Below, piece by piece: positions 40,916 through 51,207 of a stretch of DNA of 64,000 bases. The stretch's first letter is position 1, and every line of letters starts with the position of its first letter. The notes below the pieces were generated by a model. It ran no database searches. It saw only the letters and a list, made by a program, of their open reading frames with translations, and had not been told where the DNA came from. The stretch covers positions 544,001-608,000 of the forward strand of contig CAVWLP010000003.1 in the NCBI GenBank assembly GCA_963755915.1. The letters run 5' to 3'. The translations under genes and the position numbers were made by a program. Source of the stretch: an uncultured Phycisphaerales bacterium. Its GTDB lineage: Bacteria; Planctomycetota; Phycisphaerae; Tepidisphaerales; Tepidisphaeraceae.

Positions 40916-42346
40916 TCACAGCGCAAGCTGAAACTGGCACCGCAGCACAAACTCATTGTGCCCGCTGTCCTTCAGGATCCCCAGCGCGTCAGAGTCCGTC
41001 GGCGACCCATCCGGCAGCCACACCGCATCCACCGTGAACTTGGCATTCTGCTTATACAGGTAATAATTCGCCCCCACCGTAATCTCCTGCACCTCGCCGG
41101 TATTCAACCCCGTCGTGGAGCCCAGCGGGATGTAGGTGTAATCGTACCGCGCAAACGGCTCAATCTTCTTATCCAGCAGCCACGAAGCCTGGACGAGGAA
41201 TCCGGGATCATAATAGAACCCGGGGTTGACCCCCTGGTTGGTCTTGATGTCCCGGTACGTGCCGTAATAAGCGCCGAAGAACGAGAGCCCGCTGGGGCTG
41301 TTGAACTGGATGTCGGCCGTGTGGGCGATGAGATCATTCGCCCCCGCCTGCGTGAAATCGAATGCCCCGCCGATGATCAGGTAGTTCTCCTGGTTATTTC
41401 CCAGCGCCGTGAATCCGCTGTCATAATGCCGATACGGATCGAACTCCGCGCTCCGGCGTCCCAGCACAAGAAACTCTCCGCGCGAGCTGACGCCAAAATC
41501 ATCCGGCGTCACGCCCGATTCACCGCCGACGCCCGATCCATTTCCGCCGGAATTGAAAAACTTGGTGTTGATGCTGTTAAACCCATCGTGAAAAGCAAGC
41601 TGCGAGCGCACCAGTCCCTGATCGTACATCAGCGAAACGCCCTGCACCCGGCTCCCCTGTCCGCCGCCCAGCAGGAACTCCACCATCGAGCGATCGACGG
41701 CCATGAGGGTGCCTTCAGACACCAGCCGCTCGCGCCACACAGGATCCTTGAACTGGCCCACTTTCACCGAGAAAGGCGAATTATTCGGCAGATGGTACAC
41801 CCACCAGGCATCGAAGAGGTTGAACGCCGTCCCCTGGTCGTCCTGAAACTGGACGTAATAGTTGATCGCGCTGGTGAAATTCCCGCTGAAGATCAGACGG
41901 GCCCGGGTCACATCGAAGCCATCCTGGATGGTGTAGCCCGGCTGCGCCACTTCTCCCTCGCCGTTGGCGGGCGTTTTCTCCCGATAGCTGGCCATGTACC
42001 GAAAATCGAGCAGCACACCCGGATGGAACGTAAACTGTCCGTCCTCGCTCTGCAGAACGAATCCAACGCTGGGGTTGTAGCCGCTTTCCGTGTTGATGCT
42101 CGTCATGAACAATTCGCTGTGCTTGTCAGAGTCGGCGATGATCGCCTTATCCACAGCCGCGGAGTCCGCTTCACGAGCCTCCAGGTCGGCGACCTTCTGC
42201 TGAAGGTCCTGCACCTCCGCCTTAAGCTGGGCATTCCCATCGGAAGATGGCTGCGAAGTGGCGGCAGCGCCCCTTGCGTCAGAAAGCGCCAAACCAAAAG
42301 TCAGCACGACAGCAGCCGTGGCCGCAGTAAAAAAGCGAGGGGACAT
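40916..42346 (-). CDS. Outer-membrane porin (OprO/OprP-like)
   Basis: Signal peptide, coiled N-terminus, FDVTRARL, VKVGQFKDP, C-terminal VLRCQFQLAL beta-signal. Confidence 0.75.
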   Translation of the reverse strand: MSPRFFTAATAAVVLTFGLALSDARGAAATSQPSSDGNAQLKAEVQDLQQKVADLEAREADSAAVDKAIIADSDKHSELFMTSINTESGYNPSVGFVLQSEDGQFTFHPGVLLDFRYMASYREKTPANGEGEVAQPGYTIQDGFDVTRARLIFSGNFTSAINYYVQFQDDQGTAFNLFDAWWVYHLPNNSPFSVKVGQFKDPVWRERLVSEGTLMAVDRSMVEFLLGGGQGSRVQGVSLMYDQGLVRSQLAFHDGFNSINTKFFNSGGNGSGVGGESGVTPDDFGVSSRGEFLVLGRRSAEFDPYRHYDSGFTALGNNQENYLIIGGAFDFTQAGANDLIAHTADIQFNSPSGLSFFGAYYGTYRDIKTNQGVNPGFYYDPGFLVQASWLLDKKIEPFARYDYTYIPLGSTTGLNTGEVQEITVGANYYLYKQNAKFTVDAVWLPDGSPTDSDALGILKDSGHNEFVLRCQFQLAL

Positions 42347-42409
42347 TCCAGCGCTCTCCTTCCTCAATATGGGGTCAGCCGAAAACGCAAAAACAATTCC
42401 TATATAATT

Positions 42410-42438
42410 GATATAAAAATGTCCAGAATAATTGTCAA
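42410..42438 (-). promoter_or_regulatory. Sigma70-type promoter of the porin gene
   Basis: TTGACA-N17-TATATC in an AT-rich spacer. Confidence 0.55.
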
Positions 42439-42473
42439 GTATTCCGATAGAATTAGACAGCCATCCCGATTTG

Positions 42474-44105
42474 TTACCTAAAATCCCCGCACACAGAGAC
42501 TTCCAATCCAAGCTCATCCATCGCCGCCGCCTTGGCAAAGAGCGCCTTCTGGGCGTCTTTTAACGTCGGGGCATACGCAACCTGGATGTGATTAGCCAAA
42601 TGGCGAGCCATCATCTGATCGCGGGAAACGCCATTCAGCACCGCATGCATGATGGGCCAGACCGGCGTCGTCTGGTCGAGCCGATCCTGCGTTTCCGAAT
42701 CCGGTAGCCCCACCGCCTGTCCCAACCCAATGTCCATTTTCAGCGCGTCGTCCTGAACGAAGACCCTGCTCCAGACAATGTGCCCCGGCTTGCTCACACC
42801 GGAACACGTCCCACCACCGAGCCGAAAATACATCCCCGGCTGACGATAACTCTGAACGCCCGCCCATTCGTTAACGAAATGCTTCGGCGGCGCGCCCCCA
42901 CTAATCTCAAACACCCACACATAAGCATTGAGTTCCGTATTCGCCCCCTCAGCGTCGAAGCCCGGACCGGCATAGTGCCGCCCCCACCTCAGGTCGTGCA
43001 AAGTATTCTCCGGGTCAAACCCAAGCTCACGCCAAAGCTTGTAGGTAATCAGCCCATCCAGCCCCGCGCACTCATCCACTTCGTTGAAATGTGGTAGCCC
43101 CTCCCCCGCGAACAATTCGCGCGACCCATCCGCGCTTCTCACCGGTGGTCGCTCAACATTATTCAGCGTTCCCTCAACAAGATCGCTAGCCGGCGCCAGG
43201 TCTTTGAGCCCCTGCTGATACTGAATGCCAATGGTCTGGCACCCAAAATCATCCGCGATCCGCAGGGCCGCGATGTACATCTTGCACTGCTCGATCACCT
43301 GCCGCTCGGTGAGGTCCCCCTCTTCGCTGGGCCCAAAATGAAACTTCACTCCCTTGGTTTTAAACCAGTCGTACACCCCGCGGGCTTCCTCATCCCGCAC
43401 CTGCGTCATGGCAAAGTAAAGCGCACTTTGGCTAAGCCTCTCCTTGAAAACCCCCAGCGGATTCAAGAGCGAATCGGGAATGATCGCGTTGAACATCCCC
43501 ATGCACCCTTCGTCGAAGACCCCCATGATCGCCCGCTCTTTTCGAAATCTCTCCGCGAATCCAACCCCAATTTTTTTCGCCTGCCGCGGCACCCTCACCG
43601 ATTTCAGCGAATGAACCTGTTTGGTTTTGTGCGACGCCTTGCCATCCCGCATCCAGTGTTTCAGTTTTTTCAGAAACACCGGATCGTTCTCAAAATCTTC
43701 GCTCCACAGCGTCGAATATTTGATCCCCGCCTTAGCCATCGACCCGTTGAGGTTGAGCATCCCCACCAATCCCGGCCAGGTCCCGCTCCAGTTCGCAACG
43801 GTCAAAATCGGCCCCTTATGAAACTGCAGCCCATGCAAAACATGATGCGAATATTGCCACACCGCCTCAGCAACAATCAGCGGCGCCTTCGGCGGAATAT
43901 TCCGAAAAACCTCCATCCCATATTTCTGCGAGTCGATAAAACTATGCCCCACATCTTCCCGGAACCCATGCGCCCGGTGAACCTGCCCCCCAAGCTTTTC
44001 AATGGCCGCGGCAAGTGAAGCTTCCATTTTGAGCTGCTCAGCTTCGCATTTCTGGTTGGCAGACGCCCGAAGATCGCCGGAGGCGATGAGTTGGATGGGT
44101 TTCAT
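42474..44105 (-). CDS. L-fucose/L-arabinose isomerase-like protein
   Basis: [43 protein letters not shown]. Confidence 0.75.
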   Translation of the reverse strand: MKPIQLIASGDLRASANQKCEAEQLKMEASLAAAIEKLGGQVHRAHGFREDVGHSFIDSQKYGMEVFRNIPPKAPLIVAEAVWQYSHHVLHGLQFHKGPILTVANWSGTWPGLVGMLNLNGSMAKAGIKYSTLWSEDFENDPVFLKKLKHWMRDGKASHKTKQVHSLKSVRVPRQAKKIGVGFAERFRKERAIMGVFDEGCMGMFNAIIPDSLLNPLGVFKERLSQSALYFAMTQVRDEEARGVYDWFKTKGVKFHFGPSEEGDLTERQVIEQCKMYIAALRIADDFGCQTIGIQYQQGLKDLAPASDLVEGTLNNVERPPVRSADGSRELFAGEGLPHFNEVDECAGLDGLITYKLWRELGFDPENTLHDLRWGRHYAGPGFDAEGANTELNAYVWVFEISGGAPPKHFVNEWAGVQSYRQPGMYFRLGGGTCSGVSKPGHIVWSRVFVQDDALKMDIGLGQAVGLPDSETQDRLDQTTPVWPIMHAVLNGVSRDQMMARHLANHIQVAYAPTLKDAQKALFAKAAAMDELGLEVSVCGDFR

Positions 44106-44212
44106 GATGTCAGGGAAAGCTATTGATTTTCGACGAGCAAATCAATTTGCGCGGATTAACAAGTCCGAACCGTGCAACTCCAGACACTAAACCACAACTA
44201 TGCTCCCCCGTC

Positions 44213-44243
44213 TTGTTTAGCCGCAACCCCGCAGGGGTGCGCG
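44213..44243 (+). repeat. REP-like repeat family A variant
   Basis: TTGTTTAGCCGCAACCCCGCAGGGGTGCGCG. Confidence 0.85.
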
Positions 44244-44432
44244 TTTAGTTTCCATTGCCCCAGCGTTTGCAGATTCCTTCGAACTTCAACAATCTCACCC
44301 CAAAAATCTCCGGATTTCCCAAAAATAGGTACAAAACGTACACCTTTTGGACCTGTATATAGACGCGTACTATTTTTCCCTGCGCCCGACACGCGCTAAA
44401 ATACGAACCCGCAATCCCCCGCGCTTGTCCGT

Positions 44433-44472
44433 GTAGCCGGCGAGCTTGCTCGCCGTGAGCCTGTCGAACGGC
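44433..44472 (+). repeat. GTAG-footed palindrome plus adjacent repeat (family C)
   Basis: GTAG-C-CGGCGAGC-TT-GCTCGCCG then TGAGCCTGTCGAAC; reverse complement resembles GTTCGACCAAGCTCAC at about 17534-17549. Confidence 0.6.
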
Positions 44473-44661
44473 TCGCCGATCCCAGGAGTTACCATGACCC
44501 CCGAGCCCGCACCCCACTACCCGGCCTTAAGCGCCCACCAATCGCGGGTAAGACCAGGTAACACCGCCCCAAAAGTGAGATATTTTGGGAAATGTGGGAA
44601 CCACCCGCTCCTTCAACCTCACCCAACTCCAACTGCTCGCCATCGCCCTCGCGCGCCTTAT

Positions 44662-44701
44662 CCCCCGCCCCCGGTACTCCGGGGGAGGGTTGGGGAGGGG
44701 G
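44662..44701 (-). repeat. 40-bp palindromic repeat family B
   Basis: Reverse complement CCCCCTCCCCAACCCTCCCCCGGAGTACCGGGGGCGGGGG. Confidence 0.9.
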
Positions 44702-44772
44702 CCGACCTGCAAAGGATCGCCCGATGCAAGAAACCCCCAAAAGTGAGAAATTGTGGGAACTACCCCCTTCTC

Positions 44773-44802
44773 GTTTAGCCGCAACCCCGCAGGGGTGCGC
44801 GT
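44773..44802 (+). repeat. REP-like repeat family A variant
   Basis: GTTTAGCCGCAACCCCGCAGGGGTGCGCGT, identical core to the 44215 copy. Confidence 0.85.
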
Positions 44803-44811
44803 CGCTTTGTT

Positions 44812-46413
44812 TCAATGCGCCGCGACCAACTCCCCCCCATGTCCCGGCCGCCGCATAAAAATCATCAGCGGAATCACCAGGAGTGTCAGTACCCCAAACA
44901 GTCGGAACATATCCAGATAAGAAAGGATCGCCGCCTGCTGCTGCACGAGCCCGTAGATCGTCGCCAGCGCCGCCCGCCCATTGGTCGGGTCGCCGGGGCC
45001 GAAGATTCCCGCCGCTTGTTTCATCAGCGCAGTCGCCATCGGATTCAAAATATTAATGTGGCCAACGAGATTCACCTGATGGGTCTGGATCCGCCGCGCA
45101 AGCATCGTAGAGACGCTGGCAACCCCAATGCTCGCCGCTTCGTTTCGCACCAGCGAGAAAAGACCCGACGCATTGTTCGTTTCCGACTTGGGGATAAACC
45201 GGTAAGCCACCGTATTGATCGGCACGAACATCATCCCCGCCCCCAGCACCTGCACAATTCGCGGCCAGATGACGTCTTTCTCGGAGACGAGCAGATCGAG
45301 CCGCGACATCATAAAAGCCGCGATGGCCGCGATGAATAGTCCGAACGCGATCATTCGCCGCGGGTCAAACCCGCGCGAAAGCAGAATGCCGATGATCGGC
45401 ATCTCCGCCATGGTCACCAGCCCCGCCGGCGAAAGCACCAACCCCGCCTGCGTCGCCGAATATCCCATCAGCGTCTGCATCATCTGCGGCAGCAGCACCG
45501 TGCTCGCGTAAAGCGTCGCGTAAATAAAAAATATCACCAGGCAACTCAGCATGAAATTCCGCTCGCCAAAAAGGCGCAGATTCACGATCGGCGCAGGATG
45601 GAGCATCTCCCACACCACCGCGCCAATCAGCGCAAAGCCCGCGATCGCTGCCAGGACGATGATAAAATTTGACCCGAACCAGTCCGATTCCTGCCCCTTG
45701 TCCAAAACCACTTCCAGCGACGCCAGGCCCAGCGCGATCAGCGAAAGCCCCACGAAATCGACCCGAATCGGTTTCCCTTTTTTCGCCGCCCGCTGCGCGA
45801 TCATGTAAGGCGGATCGCGAAGAACGATTTGCGTCAGAATCAGCGAGATGATCCCGACGGGAAGATTGATGTAGAAAATCCACCGCCAGGAATAGTTGTC
45901 GGTGATCCATCCGCCCAGCGTGGGACCCAGCACCGGGGCAACAAGGACGGCCATCCCATACACGGCCATCGCCATCCCGCGCTTCGCCGCCGGAAACGTG
46001 TCCAGAAGGATCGCCTGCACCGAAGGCTGCAGCCCCCCACCGCCGATCCCTTGCAGGATGCGAAAGAAAATCAGCATCGGCAGGCTCGTCGCCAAACCGC
46101 ACAGAACCGAACTGACCGTGAAAATGGCCACGCAAGTCATGTTGAACCGCTTGCGCCCCATCAGCGTCGTCAGCCACCCCGAAAGCGGAAGAATCACCGC
46201 ATTGGAAACCAGGTAGCTGGTCAGCACCCACGTCGCCTCGTCATAGGTGGCCGCCATCGAGCCGGCAATATGCGGCAGCGAAAGATTCGCAATGCTCGTG
46301 TCCAGCACCTCCATAAATGTCGAGACGGTGACCGTCAGCGCCACCACCCAGGGATTAAATTCGTGGGTGTCGCGATCGATGTTGAGCGAAATTGCCCCGG
46401 CGGATGCGCTCAT
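44812..46413 (-). CDS. emrB: DHA2 MFS multidrug efflux permease (EmrB/QacA); in-frame with emrA as assembled
   Basis: FMEVLDTSIAN, WVLTSYL, LGPTLGGWITDNYSWRWIFYINLP; internal ATG at 46413. Confidence 0.9.
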   Translation of the reverse strand: MSASAGAISLNIDRDTHEFNPWVVALTVTVSTFMEVLDTSIANLSLPHIAGSMAATYDEATWVLTSYLVSNAVILPLSGWLTTLMGRKRFNMTCVAIFTVSSVLCGLATSLPMLIFFRILQGIGGGGLQPSVQAILLDTFPAAKRGMAMAVYGMAVLVAPVLGPTLGGWITDNYSWRWIFYINLPVGIISLILTQIVLRDPPYMIAQRAAKKGKPIRVDFVGLSLIALGLASLEVVLDKGQESDWFGSNFIIVLAAIAGFALIGAVVWEMLHPAPIVNLRLFGERNFMLSCLVIFFIYATLYASTVLLPQMMQTLMGYSATQAGLVLSPAGLVTMAEMPIIGILLSRGFDPRRMIAFGLFIAAIAAFMMSRLDLLVSEKDVIWPRIVQVLGAGMMFVPINTVAYRFIPKSETNNASGLFSLVRNEAASIGVASVSTMLARRIQTHQVNLVGHINILNPMATALMKQAAGIFGPGDPTNGRAALATIYGLVQQQAAILSYLDMFRLFGVLTLLVIPLMIFMRRPGHGGELVAAH

Positions 46414-47991
46414 TGCGGATTGGAGTTTTGCGCTCTGCAACCGTTGCCCGGCATCGGAACCTTCGGGCGCCGTGCGGATGTCGATGTACGGCGTGACGGA
46501 AAGGCCCGCGAAAAGAGGAGTGTCCGTCGGATTGGGTTCAGTCAGATCGATGCGAACCGGCAGACGCTGCACGACCTTCACGAAATTTCCGGTGGCGTTT
46601 TCGGGCGGTAGAAGCGACAGAACCGCCCCCGTGCCCGGGCTGAAGCCGGAGACGCGGCCGTGGAAAACCTTGTCGCCATACGCGTCGACATAGATATCCA
46701 CCTTCTGCCCGATCCGAATGTCCGAAAGCTGCGTCTCCTTGAAGTTGGCGTCGATCCACACATCCGACAGCGGCCGAATCGCCAGCAGCGGCTGCCCAAC
46801 CGACACGAACGCACCGGGGTTAACATTCCGCCGGCTGATAAACCCCGCGAGCGGAGCACGAATGTCGGTGTATCCAAAATCAAGCTTCGCCTGATCGAGC
46901 GCCTTCTGCGCCGCGACAATCGCCGGCTGGTTTTCCGGGTGCACGCGATCGAATTTATTGCCACCCAGCGCCGCCTGCGCCGAAGCAACCTGCGCTTCCG
47001 CCGCTCTCACCGATGGCGAGTTCTCGACCACCGCCTCGATGTTGAGCTCATGAAGCTGCGATTTCATCTCCTCCAGCCGCGGCGCCGTCATCGACTCAAA
47101 ATCCAGCCCAAGCTGCGCGAATTGCCCAAGGAAAGTCGAGATCGCGTATTGCGTGCCGTTAAAGTCTTGCGCCACGTTGTCAGGAACCACCCCCGGATTA
47201 ACCTCATCCGGCGGCAGACTCAGCAGCGCCCGACTTTGCTGCACCGTCGCATCCGCCGATGCAACCTGTGCCTCGGCAATCGCCAGATTAGACCGCCGCT
47301 GGTCAATCTCTTCCTGGCTGATGCTCTGCGTACCAAGGTGAATCGCCCGGTTATACAAATCCTGCGCCAGCTTGAGGCTCGCCTGCTGCTGCCGAAGGTT
47401 GGCCACGTTCGATTGCAGCGCCGCGGTCTCATATTTCACAAAGTCCTGCACCGTCGCCACGAGATAAGCCGCCCCGCGCAAATCAGCCACCTTAGAACGC
47501 ACTTCGGCGCGAGTGTTCTGAAGCTGCGCATCGGCCAGATCCAGCGCCGCGATCCGCTGCGCCACGGTGAGCTTCGCCTGATCCAGCTCTGCTTGCCGCT
47601 GATCGACCGCGAGCTGATACGGCTCATGATCGATTTCGATCATCGGCTGCCCCGCCTGGACAAACTGGTTGTCGTCCACCAGCACATTTTCCGCCACTCC
47701 CGCCACGCGCGGGCTGATGTACGTAACGTGACTATTGACCTCCGCGTCGTCCGTAGAGGCATGATTCCAGGCGTAAATCGCCGGCGGCACGCCAAACACC
47801 AACGCCAAAATCGCCGCAACCGCGAGCAGCGCGATCGCCACCCATCGCCGCCGGATCTTTTTCCGCTCCATCCCCGGCGGATGCGACGGCATCACGCTCT
47901 CCGGTGCCGATGGCGTCACGTACGTCTCGGCAGCGTCGTTCTCCGAGAGAGGCATCGGGGATTCAACAACTGTTGTTTCTTCAGTGGCCAT
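46410..47991 (-). CDS. emrA: HlyD/EmrA membrane fusion protein
   Basis: ASTDDA, ISPRVAG, ANFKETQL, LLPPENATGNFVKVVQRLPVRI. Confidence 0.9.
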
Positions 47992-48658
47992 TGTGGTTTC
48001 CGTTGGTACTTCTCTGCCGACTGCGGGCACGCTCTTTCTCGCTCAGGATCCCGTTGAAAAAGATATCGAGAATATCCCGCGCCTGGGCCGCATAAGGCTT
48101 CTGCCGCCCAACAAAATGGTTCGTGAACATCGTCCCGTACATAAGATCGCCCCAGAAATCGATCACCCGCTCGATCGGCAAATTCCGAATTCGCCGCTGC
48201 GCCATCAGCCGGGCCAGCCGCTCTCGCCACAGCGCCCGGCGAGCGTCTTTCTGCTGGAAATAAACCGGAACGTGCTTTTCCCGAAATTCGGCACGCTCCT
48301 GGATGAAGAGCTCAACCAGCTGCGGATTCTTTTTGAAAAATCGCAAATAGGCGACCGCGGTCGCCCGGATTTCCTCCAGCGTATCCGTGATCCCCACCCG
48401 CGAGGCATCGATCTCCTCCTTCAGCCGACCAATCCCCTCCTCCACCGCCCCCAGAAAAAGCTTTTCCTTGCTCGGGTAATACCGGTAGATCGTCCCCTTG
48501 CTGATCCCCAGCGCATCGGCGATCCACTGCACGTCCGTATCGGTGAAGCCGTGCTTCGCGAAAAGCGAAGCCGCCTCTTTCAGAATCGCCGAACAGCGCC
48601 GCTCACGCAGCGCTTCATCAGGCGGACGACCCGGATTTCTTTTCAAAATCGTGCCCAT
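47981..48658 (-). CDS. TetR/AcrR-family regulator
   Basis: GRPPD...LFAKHGF...IADALGISKGTIYRYYPSKEKLF. Confidence 0.93.
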   Translation of the reverse strand: MGTILKRNPGRPPDEALRERRCSAILKEAASLFAKHGFTDTDVQWIADALGISKGTIYRYYPSKEKLFLGAVEEGIGRLKEEIDASRVGITDTLEEIRATAVAYLRFFKKNPQLVELFIQERAEFREKHVPVYFQQKDARRALWRERLARLMAQRRIRNLPIERVIDFWGDLMYGTMFTNHFVGRQKPYAAQARDILDIFFNGILSEKERARSRQRSTNGNHNGH

Positions 48659-48670
48659 ATCATTTAATTA

Positions 48671-48684
48671 ACTGACGCGTCAGT
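48671..48684. promoter_or_regulatory. Probable TetR operator
   Basis: Perfect palindrome ACTGACGCGTCAGT 12 nt upstream of the tetR ATG, downstream of a minus-strand TTGACA at 48713-48718. Confidence 0.65.
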
Positions 48685-48811
48685 CATATATTTATTTATC
48701 GGTTCTGGGGCTTGTCAAGTTAAATCCAGGCTTGGCCTGTCTGAGTGGCCTTTCTTAGCTGCTAAAGCGGGTTTCTATCATTATCCGGTCGTTGCGATAC
48801 ACTTCAAATCC

Positions 48812-49579
48812 ATGAGCGATGTCTGGGACGACTCCCTGCTAACCAACCCCCACGCCGTCTCCGACAAACGCCGCCGCGTGCAGAAAATGTTCGCGGCCAT
48901 CGCCCCCAGTTACGACCTGAACAACCGCCTCCACAGCTTCTGGATGGACCAGACTTGGCGCCGCCGCGCCGTAAAGCTCGCCGCCCTCAATCCCGGCGAT
49001 CGCGTCGTCGACGTCGCCTGCGGAACCGGCGATCTAACCCTCGCCTTTTTCGACGGATTCGCCGGCGCCCACCTCGATCCGGGAACCTTGATCGGAATCG
49101 ACTTCACCCACGAAATGCTCCCCATCGCCGCGGAAAAATGGCGCCGCAAAAACGGCGGCGGAACAACCGTCTGCTTCCTCGGCGGCGACGCCCAATCCCT
49201 CCCCCTCCCCGACGCCTGCTGCGACGTGGTGTCCATCGCCTTCGGAATCCGCAACGTCGTCGATCCCTCCGCCGCCATGCGGGAATTCTTCCGCGTCCTC
49301 AAACCCGGCGGCCGCGCCATAATCCTCGAGTTCGCCATCCCCACCAATCCCCTCTTTCGAACCATCTACAACTTCTATTTCAAGCAGATTCTCCCCCGAA
49401 CCGCAACCCTGATCAGCGGCGACAAAACCGGCGCTTATAAATATCTCCCCACCAGCGTCCGCACGTTTATCGATCGCGAAACAATGGTCGGCATGATGCG
49501 CCAAAGCGGCTTCAGCGAGGTTACCCAATTCCCCTTCACGATGGGCATCTGCATCTGTTATCGCGGCATAAAAGTGTAG
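48812..49579 (+). CDS. menG: Demethylmenaquinone methyltransferase
   Basis: MFAAIAPSYDLNN, DVACGTGD, IAFGIRNV, AYKYLP. Confidence 0.92.
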   Translation: MSDVWDDSLLTNPHAVSDKRRRVQKMFAAIAPSYDLNNRLHSFWMDQTWRRRAVKLAALNPGDRVVDVACGTGDLTLAFFDGFAGAHLDPGTLIGIDFTHEMLPIAAEKWRRKNGGGTTVCFLGGDAQSLPLPDACCDVVSIAFGIRNVVDPSAAMREFFRVLKPGGRAIILEFAIPTNPLFRTIYNFYFKQILPRTATLISGDKTGAYKYLPTSVRTFIDRETMVGMMRQSGFSEVTQFPFTMGICICYRGIKV

Positions 49580-49609
49580 CGAGCCCCTGTTTCGCGTATC
49601 ATTTACCCC

Positions 49610-50191
49610 ATGGAAATTGTCGTCGCCATCACCGGCGCCAGCGGCGCGCAATATGCCCAGCGCTTCATCCAGGGCCTCGTCGCCGCCGGCGTCAACGTAC
49701 ACCTGGTCGTCTCCCCGCTGGGCCGACGCCTTTTGCACGATGAGCTAGGAATGGAAACCCCAGACCCCGCCGCGCTCGCAGGCGCCGCGCAACATTCAAT
49801 CACCCTCTACAACTACAACGACGTCGGCAGCAAGCTCGCCAGCGGCAGTTTCCTGCACAACGGCATGGTAATCGTCCCCTGCAGCAGCAACACCCTCGCC
49901 GAAGTGGCCCACGGAATCGGCGACAATCTGATTTCCCGCGCCGCCGCCGTAACCCTCAAAGAGCGCCGCCGCCTCGTCATCGCCCATCGCGAGATGCCCC
50001 TTTCCCCCATCGACGTGAACAATTACAAAATCCTCACCGACGCCGGCGCAATCATCGCCCCCGCCAACCCGGGTTTTTATCTTAACCCCACCAGCGTAGG
50101 CGATCTCGTCGATTTCGTGGCCGGAAAACTGCTCGACCTCATGGGCGTCCCCCACGCCCTGGAAACCCGCTGGGACCCGAAGAAGCCGTGA
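49610..50191 (+). CDS. ubiX: Flavin prenyltransferase
   Basis: AITGASG, ASGS, PCSSNTL, RAAAVTLKERR, PGFY. Confidence 0.93.
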   Translation: MEIVVAITGASGAQYAQRFIQGLVAAGVNVHLVVSPLGRRLLHDELGMETPDPAALAGAAQHSITLYNYNDVGSKLASGSFLHNGMVIVPCSSNTLAEVAHGIGDNLISRAAAVTLKERRRLVIAHREMPLSPIDVNNYKILTDAGAIIAPANPGFYLNPTSVGDLVDFVAGKLLDLMGVPHALETRWDPKKP

Positions 50192-51111
50192 CGGCCGTTC
50201 ATACAACACCGGCCACCCCCCCACCCCTCTCCCTGGCCACGCGCATGCGCGTCTTTGCCGGCGACATCAAGATCGCCCACACCGTCTTCGCCTTGCCCTG
50301 GGCAATCCTCAGCGCCGCCCTGGCCGGCAAGATGTTCCCCAGATCTCTGAGCATCGAAAAAATCCTCCTCATTCTCATCTGCATGGTCACCGCCCGCACC
50401 GTCGCGATGGCCGCCAACCGCCTCATCGACGCCGAACTCGACGCCCAAAACCCCCGCACCGCCGGCAGAGCCATCCCCTCCGGCCGACTCTCGCCCGGCT
50501 TCGTCCGCGCAATCCTCGCAATCTGCTGCTGCGGATTCCTCGCCGCCGCCGCCGGATTCGAACTGATCTATCGCAACCCCTGGCCGCTGATTTTCGCCGC
50601 CCCGGTCCTGCTTTATCTCTGCGGCTATCCCTTTATGAAACGCTTCACGCGCCTGTGCCATTATTATCTTGGCATCGCCCTCGCGTTCGCGCCTGTCTGC
50701 GCGTGGATCGCGGTCGCCGGCCGGATCGATTGGCCACCGATCGTCATGTTCGTCATCGTCGCCGCCTGGACCGCCGGCTTCGATATCATTTATGCCTGCC
50801 AGGATTACCAAAGCGACCTGGCGACAGGAGTTATCTCTGCGCCATCAAAGATGGGCATCGCCCGCGCCTTGTGGCTCAGCCGCGCGACGCACTTGATCGC
50901 AGCCGCGATGTTGATCGTGCTCGGATTCGTGACGCCGCAGTTTCACCTCTTTTACTGGATCGGAGCAGCGGTAGCGGTCGGGCTATTGATTGTCGAGCAA
51001 AGCCTGGTGCGGGCGGGCGATCTTTCGAAAGTGAATCTTTCGTTTTTTACGATCAACGGCATTATCAGTGTGCTCGTGGGAACGCTCGGAATTTTGGATT
51101 TAATCTTGTGA
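50188..51111 (+). CDS. ubiA: UbiA-family prenyltransferase (MqnP-like)
   Basis: IAHTVFALP, NRLIDAELDAQNPRT, FDIIYACQD. Confidence 0.88.
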   Translation: MTAVHTTPATPPPLSLATRMRVFAGDIKIAHTVFALPWAILSAALAGKMFPRSLSIEKILLILICMVTARTVAMAANRLIDAELDAQNPRTAGRAIPSGRLSPGFVRAILAICCCGFLAAAAGFELIYRNPWPLIFAAPVLLYLCGYPFMKRFTRLCHYYLGIALAFAPVCAWIAVAGRIDWPPIVMFVIVAAWTAGFDIIYACQDYQSDLATGVISAPSKMGIARALWLSRATHLIAAAMLIVLGFVTPQFHLFYWIGAAVAVGLLIVEQSLVRAGDLSKVNLSFFTINGIISVLVGTLGILDLIL

Positions 51112-51130
51112 CGGTCGCTTTCTGCATTTT

Positions 51131-51170
51131 CCCCCGCCCCCGGTAATCCGGGGGAGGGTTGGGGAGGGGG
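51131..51170 (-). repeat. 40-bp palindromic repeat family B
   Basis: Reverse complement CCCCCTCCCCAACCCTCCCCCGGATTACCGGGGGCGGGGG, between ubiA and mqnE. Confidence 0.9.
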
Positions 51171-51207
51171 TTTGCTCGCACAACCGTGCCTATTCTATAC
51201 TGACGCC

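Noticed and set aside
40958-42481. Long antisense or alternate-frame ORFs (e.g. 40958-42481, 46660-48057, 36470-37762, 24824-26092)
   Set aside because: Shadow ORFs caused by high-GC codon bias opposite well-supported genes.
29063-44802. Family A repeats as a CRISPR array
   Set aside because: Copies are dispersed or inverted, there are no regular unique spacers and no cas genes; the pattern fits REP elements.
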